From: Azolla caroliniana | Taxonomy: Eukaryota; Plantae; Polypodiophyta | Direction of reading: 5' to 3' | Assembly (NCBI GenBank): GCA_043228905.1 | Contig: JBHGNT010000017.1 | Span: forward strand, 17,484,001 to 17,548,000 | DNA: 64,000 bases | In this document: piece after piece, positions 40,655 through 54,300 of the stretch | Numbering within the stretch: the stretch's first letter is position 1 | How the letters are laid out: every line of letters starts with the position of its first letter | Translations under genes and position numbers: made by a program | Notes under the pieces: generated by a model | What the model saw: the letters and a program-made list of their open reading frames with translations, nothing else | Told to the model about the DNA's origin: nothing | Databases searched by the model: none

Positions 40655-42375
40655 TGTAAAAGAATACATGTGGAAGCTTAACAGACACAACCGGGTAACA
40701 ACAGAGAGAAAAGACAAAGAGGTTTAATGGAAAGCTTAACCAACACAGCATACGCGAGAGAGACAAAGAGAGGAGAACACACAAAAAAACTCTATCCCAA
40801 AACAATACTCTAAAACTCTATACATAGGATGTGCTTAGAGAGCACTTTTATACAAGTCCATACGAACTGACAGAAGTACTGACTTGTACTTCAATGCTCA
40901 TCAATGAGCCCCTACACTAACTCCCAAAATATATTCCTCCGTGGAATATCTATCCAACGGCCTCCTGGTTTACGTATCGCTACGGCCTCTCGTTGCGCAC
41001 CCGGTTTACGCACCCACTCTACGCATTGGTTTACGCACCCAATGTTGAGCTTGTATCTCAACACTCCACCTTAAGCTCAACTTGAGGTTCCACATGTTCT
41101 TCCGGATCTTCACTCTAGCTTCTCTTGGCTTCACACCTCGCTCGCGCTCCTCGACCTGTTCGATTCTGTGCGCCTCAACCCTTTTGGTCGGCTTGTCTAC
41201 TTGTGCAGTCTTTCTCAGGCCCCTTGCTATCGCGGTGTTGGCGCCTCTTCCACTACACTTTCCTCCGCTTGGCCTTCAGTTGATTCAGCGTCTCTGAATC
41301 GAACATTCGAAACGATTTGTTTCCGCTCTTGCCCGAATTGGCTGTCTCCAATTCGTCTTCTATCTTCAGACTCTTAACTACATCAGACCATGTCTTGGTC
41401 TTGGCCATCTCGCCCTTCTTGGCTTCATCTCCCCCTTGTTCGGTTGACACTGGCTCTTCCCTTCGGTTGTTGCCCTTGTTTCCGCCTTCGGCTTCTTCCG
41501 TCGACCCGAAATCGAACTCTTCATGCGACTCGGCTTCGCGGTCACTTCTGCTCCTTTCATGCTCCTTTTCCTGGTCTTTTCTCCCCCTCAAGTTCGGCAC
41601 GTCGAGGTGTCACAAACCAAATCACACCTGAGAATTGCCGCAACTTGTCGAGACCAAGGGGTTTGGTGAAGATGTTGGCCGTCTACCGATCTGTCAGAAC
41701 AAACACTAGTTCGATTTCACCGGAGAGGACACGTTCGCAGACAAAATGGTAGTGCACCTCAATGTGCTTGGTCCAGGCGTGGATGACGGGGTTCTTCGCA
41801 AGTTGGATGTTGTTGAGGTTGTTGCAGTAGATCGTAGTCGGAGCGGACACCTCCACCTATAGATCCTTGAGTAGCCACTTGAGCCAGATGACTTTGCACG
41901 TAGTGATAGCCGCTCCTCAATACTCGGCCTCCGTGCTCGACATTGCCACTGTCGGCTGCTTTTTATTGCTCCATGCGATCACCGAACTTCCCAATGAAAA
42001 TGCATATCCAGATGTTGATTTGCGATCGCTGGCATTTCCGGCCTAATCAACATTTGTGTAACCGACTAACTGCTCGGCTACTCTAGCCTGATATAGCAAT
42101 GCCATGTCCTTAGTGCCCCTTACACACCGCAATCCTTTGCGCGCACTGAAGGTGTTCAGTCTTGGGCTGCGACATAAATTGACTGATCAAGCCGACCGGG
42201 TAGTTGAGATTTGTCCTAGTGATTGTCAAATAAATTAGGCTTCTGACAATCTATTGGAACCGTGACGGGTCGCACGCCTTTCCCGAATCTTGGCGAAGCT
42301 TGACGTTTCTCTCTAGAGGAGTTGAGATGTACTTATAGTTTGCCATCCCGAACTTGAAGAGCATACTCATCACGC
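40655..42375 (-). mobile_element. Ty1/Copia element A, 3' part (RT end, RNase H, 3' LTR 40655-41063)
   Basis: LTR TGTAAAAG...CTCAACA; PPT (CTCCACCTT on +) at 41064; peptides VMSMLFKFGM..STPL, SNKKQPTVAMSSTEAEY, KHIEVHYHF, ANIFTKPL. Frameshifted. Confidence 0.85.
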
Positions 42376-44113
42376 TGTAGTGTTGTTTCGCTTATGCTTG
42401 TGAAATAAGGCGGAACCACGGGGGCCTTGAATTGAGGAGAAAGAGAGACAAGAGGAAGTGAGAAGCACGCAAGCGTAAAGCCTGCTAGACCTGTCAGCAA
42501 CCGACAATACTTGCCCTCAGAATGAACCACCAACGCGTATACCGACTTAATGAAGAAGCACACTCAAGAGAAATGAAAGAGGAGACTCCTAGAAACACAG
42601 ATAGACGAAAACAAGAGATTCCATTTCAATAACAATGACGATTCTACAGGTGTGGGGATCCTCCGGGGCGTCCGGACTATCGTGGCCACATGCCTTGATA
42701 GCCCTCTCTAAAAATCCCCTCGTTCGCCGCTGCTGAGGGTTTTGCGGTTCCGCTCATGGTTTGGTATTACGGTAAGGAATTGGACGGAGTGCCGTCCATC
42801 TTGGCTCTTTACGTGCGCGTATGTCGAACCGTTATCCAACACCCTTGTCTCCATACGCGCTGTCGTAATGTACGGCTCCTCGAGTATCACCGGGTGCGAG
42901 GACGTCTCTTGCACGAAAAAGTGTTGATCGATCTCGACGTCGCCGATCTCAACACGTACATTCGGGCATGCCCCGTGCAGCTCCTCCGTGGCGTGGGTCG
43001 CCGTGCGTATATTCCAGCCGTACTTGGTGTTGATCGGTCACTTCCCCTTCCTATAAAAGTCCATGGACATCAGGTTGATCTCCGAGCCGTGGTCTATCAA
43101 TGCCACCACAGGCTCCTGGACGTCCCTGATCCGAACAGGGGTCTCTGTAGTGGCCCAGGCCCAGTGCGACCTCGAATAGTGGCTTCCCGCCCACTCGTCT
43201 TCTAGGGCCATGTCTTCCAGGTGCGTGGTTTGCACCTCCACCGGCTTCTCTGGTTCCGGCTCCGTCGAGAGCCGTTTCTGCTTCACCAAGTCCACGATGG
43301 AATCGTGGAACTCCTTCTTGGTGATCCCGAGAACCTCCCTCAGCGACAACTCCACCTTGCTGTCGAGGATCTGTTCTTCGAGGACCTTCCGTAGGTCCGT
43401 TGACCTCTCAATCTCCGTGCTCAGCTGGTAACCGGCCTGCTTCGTTTTGTCCGGTGTGTTGGGGTTACCGGCATCGTTTTGCTTCTGCCCGACCCGGGTC
43501 TCGTATCGCTGTGAGGGCCCGGCACCTCCGGCCTTTCCCACACGCTTGTCTTCTACCAGAACCACGTAGTTCTGGCACGTGGCTTCCACGAGACCGGTCT
43601 TCTCCTCAATCGGATCGTCCCATCCAGTGACCTCCTGAACCCGCTGCTCTGTGCGACTCGCTTCCTCCCTCTTCAGTCGTGCGCCGGAGAGGCCTTCTAG
43701 CACCGAGGGCCAGAAGCTAGAGTCCTTCGTTTTCCAGTCTTTGTCACCTCCCACCCGGATCCCAACCGATGCTGAATAATGGACAACCTCCACATGGCAT
43801 GCCTCTGCTTCCTCCATTAACCGCTTCATCCCGCTACGCCCGAAATTCGTCTCCACCTCTCTCTGAGTATCACCAACGTGCACCCGTCCGTTCCATAGGT
43901 ACACCACATTACCCCTGAGGGCTTCGACAAACTCCATGCAGTCTCGCCGGCTGTGTCCGACTGCGTCGCACCACATACACTGTTGCCCAGCCGCTGGCCT
44001 TCGGTCGTGTGGCTGCCCTCCACTATCTCTCCGGGCCTGCGCGATCTGAAGGTCGCGCACCATTTGTGTCAGCTCCTCAAGAGCCGCTCCCCCGGATGGA
44101 CCCTTGATTGCGT
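42376..44113 (-). mobile_element. Ty3/Gypsy family B fragment: partial LTR (42376-~42643), protease and gag C-terminus
   Basis: LTR end matches those at 55992 and 63168; zinc knuckle CMWCDAVGHSRRDC and protease ALIDHGSEIN. RT/INT are deleted at about 42644. Confidence 0.85.
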
Positions 44114-44267
44114 TGTCGTGAAGATTTTCGGCAACAGTGGGAAAATCGCATGAAACGAGGGAAATCAAGAACTTGGTGCAATGTGCACACGTATAAAAGG
44201 AGTGATGGTTAGACGTGTATGTTAACACATTAATGTGTACGTGTGATGTGTGTTTGGGTGTTCATTA

Positions 44268-47200
44268 TGACGGGAACTAAACGCTCCTTATGCGCAACGC
44301 TCGACCACAACCGAGCTTAGAATCATACACAAAAAAACGGGAAATAAAACATGACACAAAGAAGAGAAGGGTACACATGATGTTTACGTGGAAAAACCCA
44401 AACTAAGGGAAAAACCACGGCAGCCCACAGGCTGCAAACTATCACTATGTTAGTTTGTACAACAATGAGTTCACGGAGGCAACGACCTCGTGCTCACGAT
44501 CCTCGCCACAGGCGGCGGTTACAATAAGAGGCAACGACCTCTTCCTCTCTCTCTCTCTCTCTGTACACAATTACACACTCTCTCTCTTTCCTTGCACCAA
44601 CAAGGATGACAACAACAGACAACTAAAAGTTTGCCCTAAGTCATATTTATACTAATATGACTTTTCGGCTATTTACAAATATAGCCTCGATGGACTCTCA
44701 GAAACATATTTACGAATATGTCTCTTCATCTGGTGAGCATTCCTCACCGGGTCTGCACCATCCGGCTCTCCGTAGCTGGGTACTCCTCATCCGGTTCTCA
44801 CCGGGTCTGCACCATCCGGCTCTCCGTAGCTGGGTACTCCTCATCCGGTTCTCACCGGGTCTTCACCATCCGGCTCTCCGTAGCCGGGTACTCCTCATCC
44901 GGTCTTCACCGGTTCTGCACCATCCGGTTTCGGCATTGTTTTTCTCCCTTCCCATCCGGAGGGGCCTGTCTCCCAACAAACTCCCCCTTCACTCTGGCAT
45001 GGGGTGTCTTGCTAGACCGATCCTCTTCCAGCATGCATCCAGCTTGTCAGGTATTAGAACTTTGGTCAGCATATCTGACCCGTTCTCGGCCGTGTGGATC
45101 TTCGTCAGCGCGAACTCCTGGTCATCTGCTCTTTCCCGGATCCAGTGATACCTTCGCTGGATATGCTTCGTCCGGGAATGGTAGGCCGCATTCTTAGCAA
45201 GGTGGATGGCACTTTGACTGTCGCAATAGAGTCGGTATTCATCTTGCCGGATACGGAGCTCTCCGATGAAGTCCTTCATCCATAATATTTCCTTGCTGGC
45301 TTCCACAGCCGCCATGTACTCCACCTCCGTGGTTGACAATGCAACCGTCTTCTGCAGCCTCGACTACCACGAAACAACTCCCCCTGCATATGTCATTACA
45401 TACCCGGATGTAGACCGACTGGTATCCACATCAGCCGACATATCCGAATCGGTGAAACCATCAAGTTGAGGTTCTCCGGAGCCGAATCGGAGACACATAT
45501 TTGAAGTGCCCTTCAAATACCGGAGTATCCATTTGACCGCGTTCCAGTGCTCCTTGCCGGGATTGCTCATAAACCGGCTCACCACTCCGACTGCATATCC
45601 TATATCCGGTTGGGTACACACCATTGCGTACATCAAACTCCAGACGGCAGAGGCATATGGAATCTTCATCATATCCGCCTTCTCTGCTTTCGTCTTCGGG
45701 CTTTGCTTACCGGATAACCTGCAGTTTGCCGGAAGTGTCGATCCGACCAGTTTCGCATATGACATGTTGAACCGGTGAAGCACCTTTGTCACGTACTTCT
45801 CCTGTGATAGCCATAATTGCTTCGCTGACCGGTTCCGGATAATATGCATCCCCAACATTTGTCTTGCCGGACCCAAGTCTTTCATTGAGAAGGTCCGGTT
45901 GAGGGCCTTCTTCAGCATCCGTATTTTGACTTGGTCCCATCCGACGATCAACATGTCGTCCATGTACAGAAAGAGTATCAGGAAGTCGCCTCCTTCGAAC
46001 TTCTTCACAAACACACAGTGATCGGTCTGCGTCTTGTGGTACCCTTGATCGGCCATGATGGAATTGAACTTCCGGTACCATTGCCGGGGGGCCTGCTTCA
46101 ACCCGTAGAGGCTCTTCTTCAACCGGCATACCAAGTGCTCCTTCCCTTTCTCCACGAATCCTTCCGGTTGCTGCATGTAGATCTCCTCTTTGAGGTCGCC
46201 GTGAAGGAATGCCGTCTTCACGTCTAGCTGCTCTACCTCGAGGTCCATGCTTGCTGCTATACTCAGCACCGTCCGGATGGAGGTCATCTTTACTACTGGG
46301 GCAAATATCTCGTCGAAATCCATGCCCTTCTTCTGCTGGAACCCCTTCACCACGATCCTGGCTTTGTATCTCGGGGGTTTGCCGGCATCTCCCGGTTTCA
46401 ACTTGTACACCCACTTGTTTCGGAGTGCCCGCTTTCCTTTCGGCAACTCCACCAATTCGTACATATGGTTCTCATGCAGGGAATCCATCTCATCCTGCAT
46501 GGCACTTAACCATTTGCGGCTGTGGGTGTCATCCTTCGCTTCTTCGAAGCTTTCCGGCTCCCCCTCATCGGTCAGTAGAACATGCTCTGCATCCGGAAAT
46601 CTCCGGGGGGCCCTTCTCTCTCTGAGAGGATATCTCCATCTTAGGGCTTCGGTAACCGGTTCCTCCATTTGCTCTTCATCCGAATCCGATTCGGGGTCTT
46701 GGCCGGTTCCGGTCTCAGCTTCCTCTACTTCTTCTTCTGCCGGTTCGGTATCCTCACCGTAACCAGCTGGTTCTGGGTCTGCTCATCGTAGAGTCTATCC
46801 TTACCGGTCGACTCGGAGTTCATTATCTTCTTCTTCGACTCCCAGTCGGCGAGCGTCTTGTCCTCCATGAAGATAATATCTCGACTCCGGAATACCTTCT
46901 TGTCGACCAGGTCCCACACTCGGTAGCCGAACTCATCGTCACCGTAACCGAGGAATATGCATGGCCGGGTCTTTGGATCTAACTTTCCTCTCTGGTCCTT
47001 AGCTACATGCACGTACGCGAGATACCCGAACACCTTCAGATGCCGGTAGGACACTTCCTTACCGGTCCATACTCTCTGTGGCGTGTCTCCGTCCAAGGGT
47101 ACTGAGGGTGATCTGTTTATCACATATGTCGCCGTCGACAGTGCCTCAGCCCAAAACTTCTTGGGTAGTTTTGCATGCACTAGCATACTCCGGACCCTCT

Positions 47201-49648
47201 CCATTATGGTCCGGTTCATCCTCTCGGCCAGTCCGTTTAGTTCCGGCATCTTCGGCACGGTAAATTCGAGCCGGATTCCCTTCGAGCGACAGTACTCCTC
47301 GAATTGCCCCCAGTATGCACCTTCGTTATCTTCTCGAACCGCCTTCAGCTTCCGGCCAGTTTCTCTTTCCACTCTCGCGTGGAGTTCTTTGAAGACGGAT
47401 AACACCTGATCCTTTGTCTTCAACGGTATGGCCCACAGCTTCCGGCTATGGTCATCTATGAACGTCACGAAGTACTACGCTCCGACATGTGACTTCGTGT
47501 CTACTTGACACACATCAGTATGCACCAACTCCAGTGGTGCATTACGTCTCATCGGTGGCCTTGGTCGGAAGGAGGTCCGGTTTGCTTACTGGGCAGACAA
47601 TCAGTGCACTTCTCCAAGTGCACGTTCTTCACTGGAATGAGGTTGTCTTCTGCAAGCCTCTTCATCCCCTTCTCGCTCATGTGACACAGCCTCTTGTGCC
47701 ACAGCTCACCGACAGTGTCGGATGCCACGTTCACTTCCTCCGGACATAACCGGGCATTCATCAGGTACAGTGTGTTGACCTTCCTGGCCCGAGGCACAAT
47801 CAGGCTCCCTTTGCTGAACTTCATGACACCGTTCCGGATGCTACCGGTGTAGCCTTCATCATCTAGCCGACCGGCTGATATCAGGTTCAGACGAACCTCC
47901 GGAACGTGTCGGACATCCTTCAGCAGCAACTTGCATCCGGTTGGTGTTGTCAACCACACGTCTCCTATGTCGACAATTCGGCATGTACCTTCATTCCCCA
48001 TCCGGACACAACCGTGATCACTGGCTGAGTAGGATGAGAAGCATTTCCGGTCCGGGGTAAGGTGGAATGACGCTCCGGAGTCTACCACCCAGGTCATCTC
48101 GTCGCCGGCAAGGTTTATCTCACTCTCCTCGGTGATGAGCATCTACTCTTCTTCACTTGCCGCGATTGCCGTTTTCCCCTCTTGGTCCGGCCCCCTCCGG
48201 TCTTTACCGTTCCGGTCCGGTGTCCGCTTCGAATCGGTACCGTTGGTTTCCTTGCCTTTCTGGAAATGCCGACAGTTCTTCTGGAAGTGTCCCGGCTTGC
48301 CGCAATAGAAGCAAGTAGGCCTCCCCCTTGACTTTGACCGTGTCCCCGACTTTTCTCGGTTCTGGGGGCTACGGTTCCTATGTCTTCCGCGTTCCGATTC
48401 GGTAAGTAGCGCTTTGGAGTCGGAGCTCGTATCTTTATCTTTCCGATGCGCCTCGTCATCTAGCAAGCTCGACTTTACTCTTGCTAGGGATAACCGTTTC
48501 CCTTTTGGCCCGGTGTTGCCCAAGGTGACAACCAACGTCTCCCAGCTATCTGGGAGGGAACCGAGCAGAAGTAGTGCTAGTACCTCATCGGCGAGAGGTA
48601 CCTCCAAAGATGTTGCCTGGTGGATCAACCCCTGGAAGGCATTCATGTGCTCCGCCATGCTGGAGCCATCTTGGTACCGGAGTCCTACTAGCTTCCGGAA
48701 TACCGAAACCTGATTAACAACATTTTTGTTCTGAAACATAATCTCTATCTTCTCCCAGAGCTCATGAGCCTTGCTCTCTTCATTGAAGTTGTTGTATAGG
48801 CTCATGTCGATGAAGCACCGTATGTACACCGTCGTCTTCATGTGCATCACCTCCCATATTGTGGCGTCGATCTTTAACCACGAGCATGTCCCTCATCTTC
48901 GACTTCCACACTGAATAGTTGGAGCCGGTGAGCTTGAACATGCCGCCAAACGATTCGTCCATTTTCTGTGTCGTTTTGCTTTGATACCACTTGACGGGAA
49001 CTAAACGCTCCTTATGCGCAACGCTCGGCCACAACCAAGCTTAGAATCATACACAAAAAAACGAGAAATAAAACACGACACAAAGAAGAGAAGGGTACAC
49101 AGGATGTTTACGTGGAAAAACCCAAACTAAGGGAAAAACCACGGCAACCCACAGGCTGCAAACTATCACTATGTTGGTTTGTACAATAGTGAGTTCACGG
49201 AGGCAACGACCTCGTGCTCACGATCCTCGCCACAAGCGGCGGTTACAATAAGAGGCAACGACCTCTTCCTCTCTCTCTCTCTCTCTGTACACAGTTACGC
49301 GCTCTCTCTCTTTCCTTGCACCAACAAGGATGACAACAACAGACAACTAAAAGTTTGCCCTAAGTCATATTTATACTAATATGACTTTTTGGCTATTTAC
49401 AAATATAGCCTCGATGGACTCTCAGAAACATATTTACGAATATGTCTCTTCATCTGGTGAGCATTCCTCACCGGGTCTGCACCATCCGGCCCTCCGTAGC
49501 CGGGTACTCCTCATCCGGTTCTCACCGGGTCTGCACCATCCTGCTCTCCGTAGTCGGGTACTCCTCATCCGGTCTTCACTGGGTCTGCACCATTCGGTTT
49601 CGGCATTGTTCTTCTCCCTTCCCATCCGGAGGGACCTGTCTCCCAACA
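44268..49648 (-). mobile_element. Full-length Ty1/Copia element D with both LTRs and TSD (pseudogenised)
   Basis: LTRs 48992-49648 and 44268-44978 (TG...CA); TSD CATTA at 44263 and 49649; PBS TGGTATCAAAGC (tRNA-iMet) at 48978-48989; PPT at 44979; gag CFYCGKPGHFQKNC, protease WVVDSGAS, INT, RT YMDD, RNase H in Copia order; several frameshifts and stops. Confidence 0.97.
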
Positions 49649-49957
49649 CATTATACAAATATATAAAATAAGCTTAACGTATACAATGAGATGCAAGTAA
49701 GGTTTGAACCTTACACCTCCAAGATAGGAAACAATTGACATACCATTAGACTACATTGTTTCCTTAAAAGTTAATTTCTTCATTGTACTTTTCACATGTA
49801 AGTGCTCGTTCATAAGAGCTTGGATAAGGTACATGGTCATCATGAATCACATGTGATACATGGTCGCCAAATGGCAATCATGCATTGCATACATCTCATG
49901 CATTGCATGCATGTACTACACCCTCACATGCACATATGCATGGGGGCATGTATATAA

Positions 49958-51352
49958 TGACAGGAACTACACGCTCCGATGAACAATGCTCGGCCACAAC
50001 CGAGCTTAGAATAATACACACAAAAGAACGGGTAATGAATGCACGACACAATGGAGAGAAGAGCACATAGGATGTTTACGTGGAAAACCCAAACACGGGA
50101 AAAACCATGGCAGTCCACTGACTGCTAACTATCACTATGTAACAATATACAAAACATGAACACAGAGGCAACGACCTCTTGTTCACTGTCTTCGCCACAT
50201 GCGACGGTTACAACAGAGATACGAACTCTTCATCTCTTTCTCTCTCTCACTGTACACTGTTGCGCTCTAATCTTACTCCAACAAGAATGACAATAACCCA
50301 TACTAAGTTTGCCCTAAGTCATATTTACACTAATATGAGTTTTTGACTATTTACAAATATAGCCCCGATGGACTCTCAGAAACATATTTATGAATATGTC
50401 CCTTCATCAGGTGAGCACTTCTCACTGGGCCTTCACCATCCGGCTCTTGCCGGGTACTACTCATTCAGTTCTCACCGGGTCTTCCGTAGTCGGGTACTCT
50501 TCATCCGGTTCTCACCGGGTCTTCACCATCCAGCTCTTGCCGGGTACTACTCATCTGGTTCTCACCGGGTCTTCCGTTGCCGGGCACTCCACATCTGGTT
50601 TCGGCCGAGTTTGCTCATAAGTACTGTTCTTCTCACTTCCCATCCGGAGGGACCTGTTTCCTAACAAACTCCCCCTTCACTTCGGCATGGGATGTCTTAC
50701 TAGTCCGATCTGCTTCCGGCATGCATCCAGCTTGTCGGGTATTAGTACTTTGGTCAGCATATCTGACCCGTTCTCGGCCATGTGGATCTTCGTCAGCGCG
50801 AACTCCTGGTCATCTACTCTTTCCCGGATCCAGTGATACCTTTGTTGGATATGCTTCGTCTGGGAATGGTAGGCCACATTCTTAGCAAGGTGGATGACAC
50901 TTTGACTGTTACAATAGAGCCGATATTCATCTTGCTGGATACCGAGCTCTCCGATGAAGTCCTTCATCCATAATATTTCCTTGCCGGCTTCCACAGCCGC
51001 CATGTACTCTGCCTCTGTGGTTGACAATGCAACCGTCTTCTGCAGCCTCGACTGCCACAAAACAGCTCCCCCTGCATATGTCATTACATACCCGGATGTA
51101 GACCGACTGGTATCCACATCAACCGACATGTCCGAATCGGTAAAACCGTCAAGTTGAGGTTTTCCGGAGCCCAATCGGAGACACATATTTGAAGTGCCCT
51201 TCAAGTACCGGAGTATCCATTTGACCGCGTTCCAGTGCTCCTTGCCGGGATTGCTCATAAACTGGCTCACCACTCTGACTGCGTATCCTATATCCGGTCG
51301 GGTACACACCATTGCGTACATCAAGCTCCCGACGGCAGAGGCATATGGAACC
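49958..51352 (-). mobile_element. Truncated Ty1/Copia element E (relative of D): 3' LTR 49958-50666, RNase H and RT end
   Basis: LTR TGACAGGAAC...CTAACA, PPT at 50667; internal sequence closely parallels D 44979-45665. Confidence 0.9.
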
Positions 51353-54300
51353 TTGCCTTTTCCCCACAAGAAATCGGATGTGTTGACCCAACGCTTGTGG
51401 AACCAATGGTTATCTTTACAATACCCCATGTGCCATGGAACTTGAAGCCAATTCCCGTTCCAAGAGCTCATATTCCAAGATTGTTGGAGTTGTTAAAAGA
51501 AAAGATTAGAATGGGAATCCTTGAGCCATCTAATGCGCCTTACTCAAATCGGTGGTTCACAGTGCCGAAAAAGAATGGAGCACTTCGATTTATCCAAGTT
51601 ATGCAACCGGTAAACAAGGTCACCATTCGTAATGTTGGTATTGAGCCTAGTGTTGATGAGTTTGCTGAAGCTTTTGCAGGAAGCTCGATTTACTCGATTG
51701 GAGACTTGTATTCTGGATACGACCAATTTCAATTGTCTTTGGATAGTCGAGACATCACAACGATGCAGACTCCCATCGGGCTAGTAAGGATGTGTACATT
51801 ACCGCAAGGGGCAACTAACTCGGTGGCCCACATGATGAATGCCATGAACAAAGTATTAAGAGACTGCATCCCAGATATTATGATGCCTTTCCTCGATGAT
51901 ATCCCTATAAAAGGGTGCCCCGAATCAGAGAAGGACGAGTCTCTCGATCAAGATGGATGTCAAAGATTTGTCTCAAACCATATTAGAGACTATGGAAGAG
52001 TGCTAGAAAGACTAGAAGGTGTAGGGTTTACATTCTTCGGAGAAAAATCAGCATTTGGCCAACACGAGATACTAGTGGTGGGACATCTTTGTGGACCATA
52101 CGGACGAAAACCCTCTCCCGAGAAGGTGAATGCTATTCAAGAGATGTGAGAGGAATGTGGAACACAGACAGAGGTCCGAAGATTCTTAGGAGCATGTGTG
52201 TTCTACCACATTTGGATTCCGCACTATGCTCATGTGGCTGAACCCTTGTATGACTTACTAGAAAAAGGAAGAAAATTCAAATGGGAACCGATACACACTA
52301 AACCGATTAAAAGGGCTACTAGTGGTAGCACCAGCTTTAAGGAAAGCCGTCTACAAAGAAGGGATGCCCATCTACATCACGGTAGATACGAGTCCAACGG
52401 GAATTGGATGGGTCATCAACCAAGAAGGAGAAGATAGCACACGGTACGCCATCCGGTTCGGAGCAAAGGTCCTTAGCGAGCAGCAACGAGGATACGCCCA
52501 AGTAAAGCGGGAACTCTGGGGTATTGTGTCTGCGGTGAAGGTAGACAAGAATTACTTGATTGGGTCGGAGGTGGTAATTGAAACGGATTGCCTCCCAATC
52601 CTTGGGATGATCTCTGGATGTGCGACACTAGATCTAGCTATGCTGAGGTGGATCACGTATATCAAGTCTTTGAACCCAGAGATCCGCCACATTGCCGGGA
52701 AGAACAACGCCATGGCTGACATGCTGTCAAGAGCAAGATTCGAGGATGAAGGTGACATGGTTTCGGAAGATGAAGACGTCACCCTCGACTTCTTCAAGGC
52801 AGCCCGCCTATCGGCAGAAGACAGAGGCACGCCAACTCTCCACGCTTTCAACGAGAACGAGTATGAAGGGGAGTGGCTACTAATTGGCAGATTCTTGATA
52901 ACAATGATGGCGGATGCTTCATGGACGAAGGAGGAGGCTCTACGAATACGGAAGAAAGCGTACCAGTACTTTCTGAAGGGAGGATTCCTCTGGCGACATC
53001 CAAAGAGAAGGACGGGAATGCCACGACGAGTAGTGGTGAAGAAAGATGACCAAGCAACATTGATGTTTGAATTTCACGAAAGTCCATGGGCAGGTCATAG
53101 AGGAACGTGGGCAACGTTTGAAAAGCTAAAGGAGAAGTATTGGTGGCCAAGCATGTATAAAGATGTGCTACATTTCGTGTCCACATGCGAAAGCTGTCAA
53201 GTACATTCGAACGTACGTCACTATGATGCGTTGCGACCAACATACCCACTCACCATACACTTTAAATGGATGCCAATGGGAGTGGGACAAATGAAGTACT
53301 TGGTACTAGCAAGGGAAGACCTGACAAACCAGGTAGAAGGATGAGCCTTAGCAAATAAGACGACGGCAGCCATATGAAAATTTTTGCTCGAAGAGGTCGT
53401 TTGCAGATATGAATGTGTGGGAAAGATAGTGGCTGACCGAGGGGAGCTAGATGCACACGAAGCCATAGATCTCTTCAAGAAACTAAGCGTAAAACTCTCC
53501 CTCACAACCGCCTATAATCCGGAAGCAAATGGGAAGATCAAGCGAGGGCATGGGCCGATAGTCAAAGCCATCGTACGAGCATGCGATGGTCGAGTTGGGA
53601 ATTGGTCGCGATTATTGCCCTATGCATTGTGGGGCGATAGAACTACGCACAGTTCCGTGACAGGCTATATGCCAGCAGAGCTCATGTATGGACAAAAACC
53701 AGTAATGCCCATTGAGAGGACGATCGCCTCATGGGTAGCAATACCATGGGAGAATGAGATGAGCATGGAAGAATTATTGGCGGCACGAATCAGGCAACTC
53801 GAAAGAAGACCTGAAGACCTAGAGAATGCACGAAAGATAATGGAGACAACCCGCGTTAAGAATAAGATTCGGTTTGATAAGACACACCGACTGCATCCCA
53901 AGAAGATTGAAGAAGGAGATTGGGTATTGGTCTATGACAACAACCTAGACAACCAACACAGGACGACAAGGAAGTTCGCTAGAAGGTGGTTCAGACTGTA
54001 TGTAGTGATGAGTGCCAATGACAACGCCACCTATCACCTCGCGGAGCTAGATGGATCAAGGCTGACCATACCCATTGTGGGGAAAAGAGTAAAGATATTC
54101 AAGAAAAGACAAGATGAGGGTTCTGACCTAGATGACCTCAACAATGAAGATAATATGAGCGAGATTAATGAAGACATGGAGGAAATTGGTCGATCACTGT
54201 AGCCGAAATCGCACTTTCACTTCTTGGCATGTACCGGAGGATGTGCGGTTTGGTGGGGGTGGATGTCGTGAAGATTTTCGGCAACAGTGGGAAAATCGTG

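Noticed and set aside
51235-51471. Apparent overlapping sense/antisense genes
   Set aside because: Chance read-through across the Copia E/Gypsy C deletion junction.
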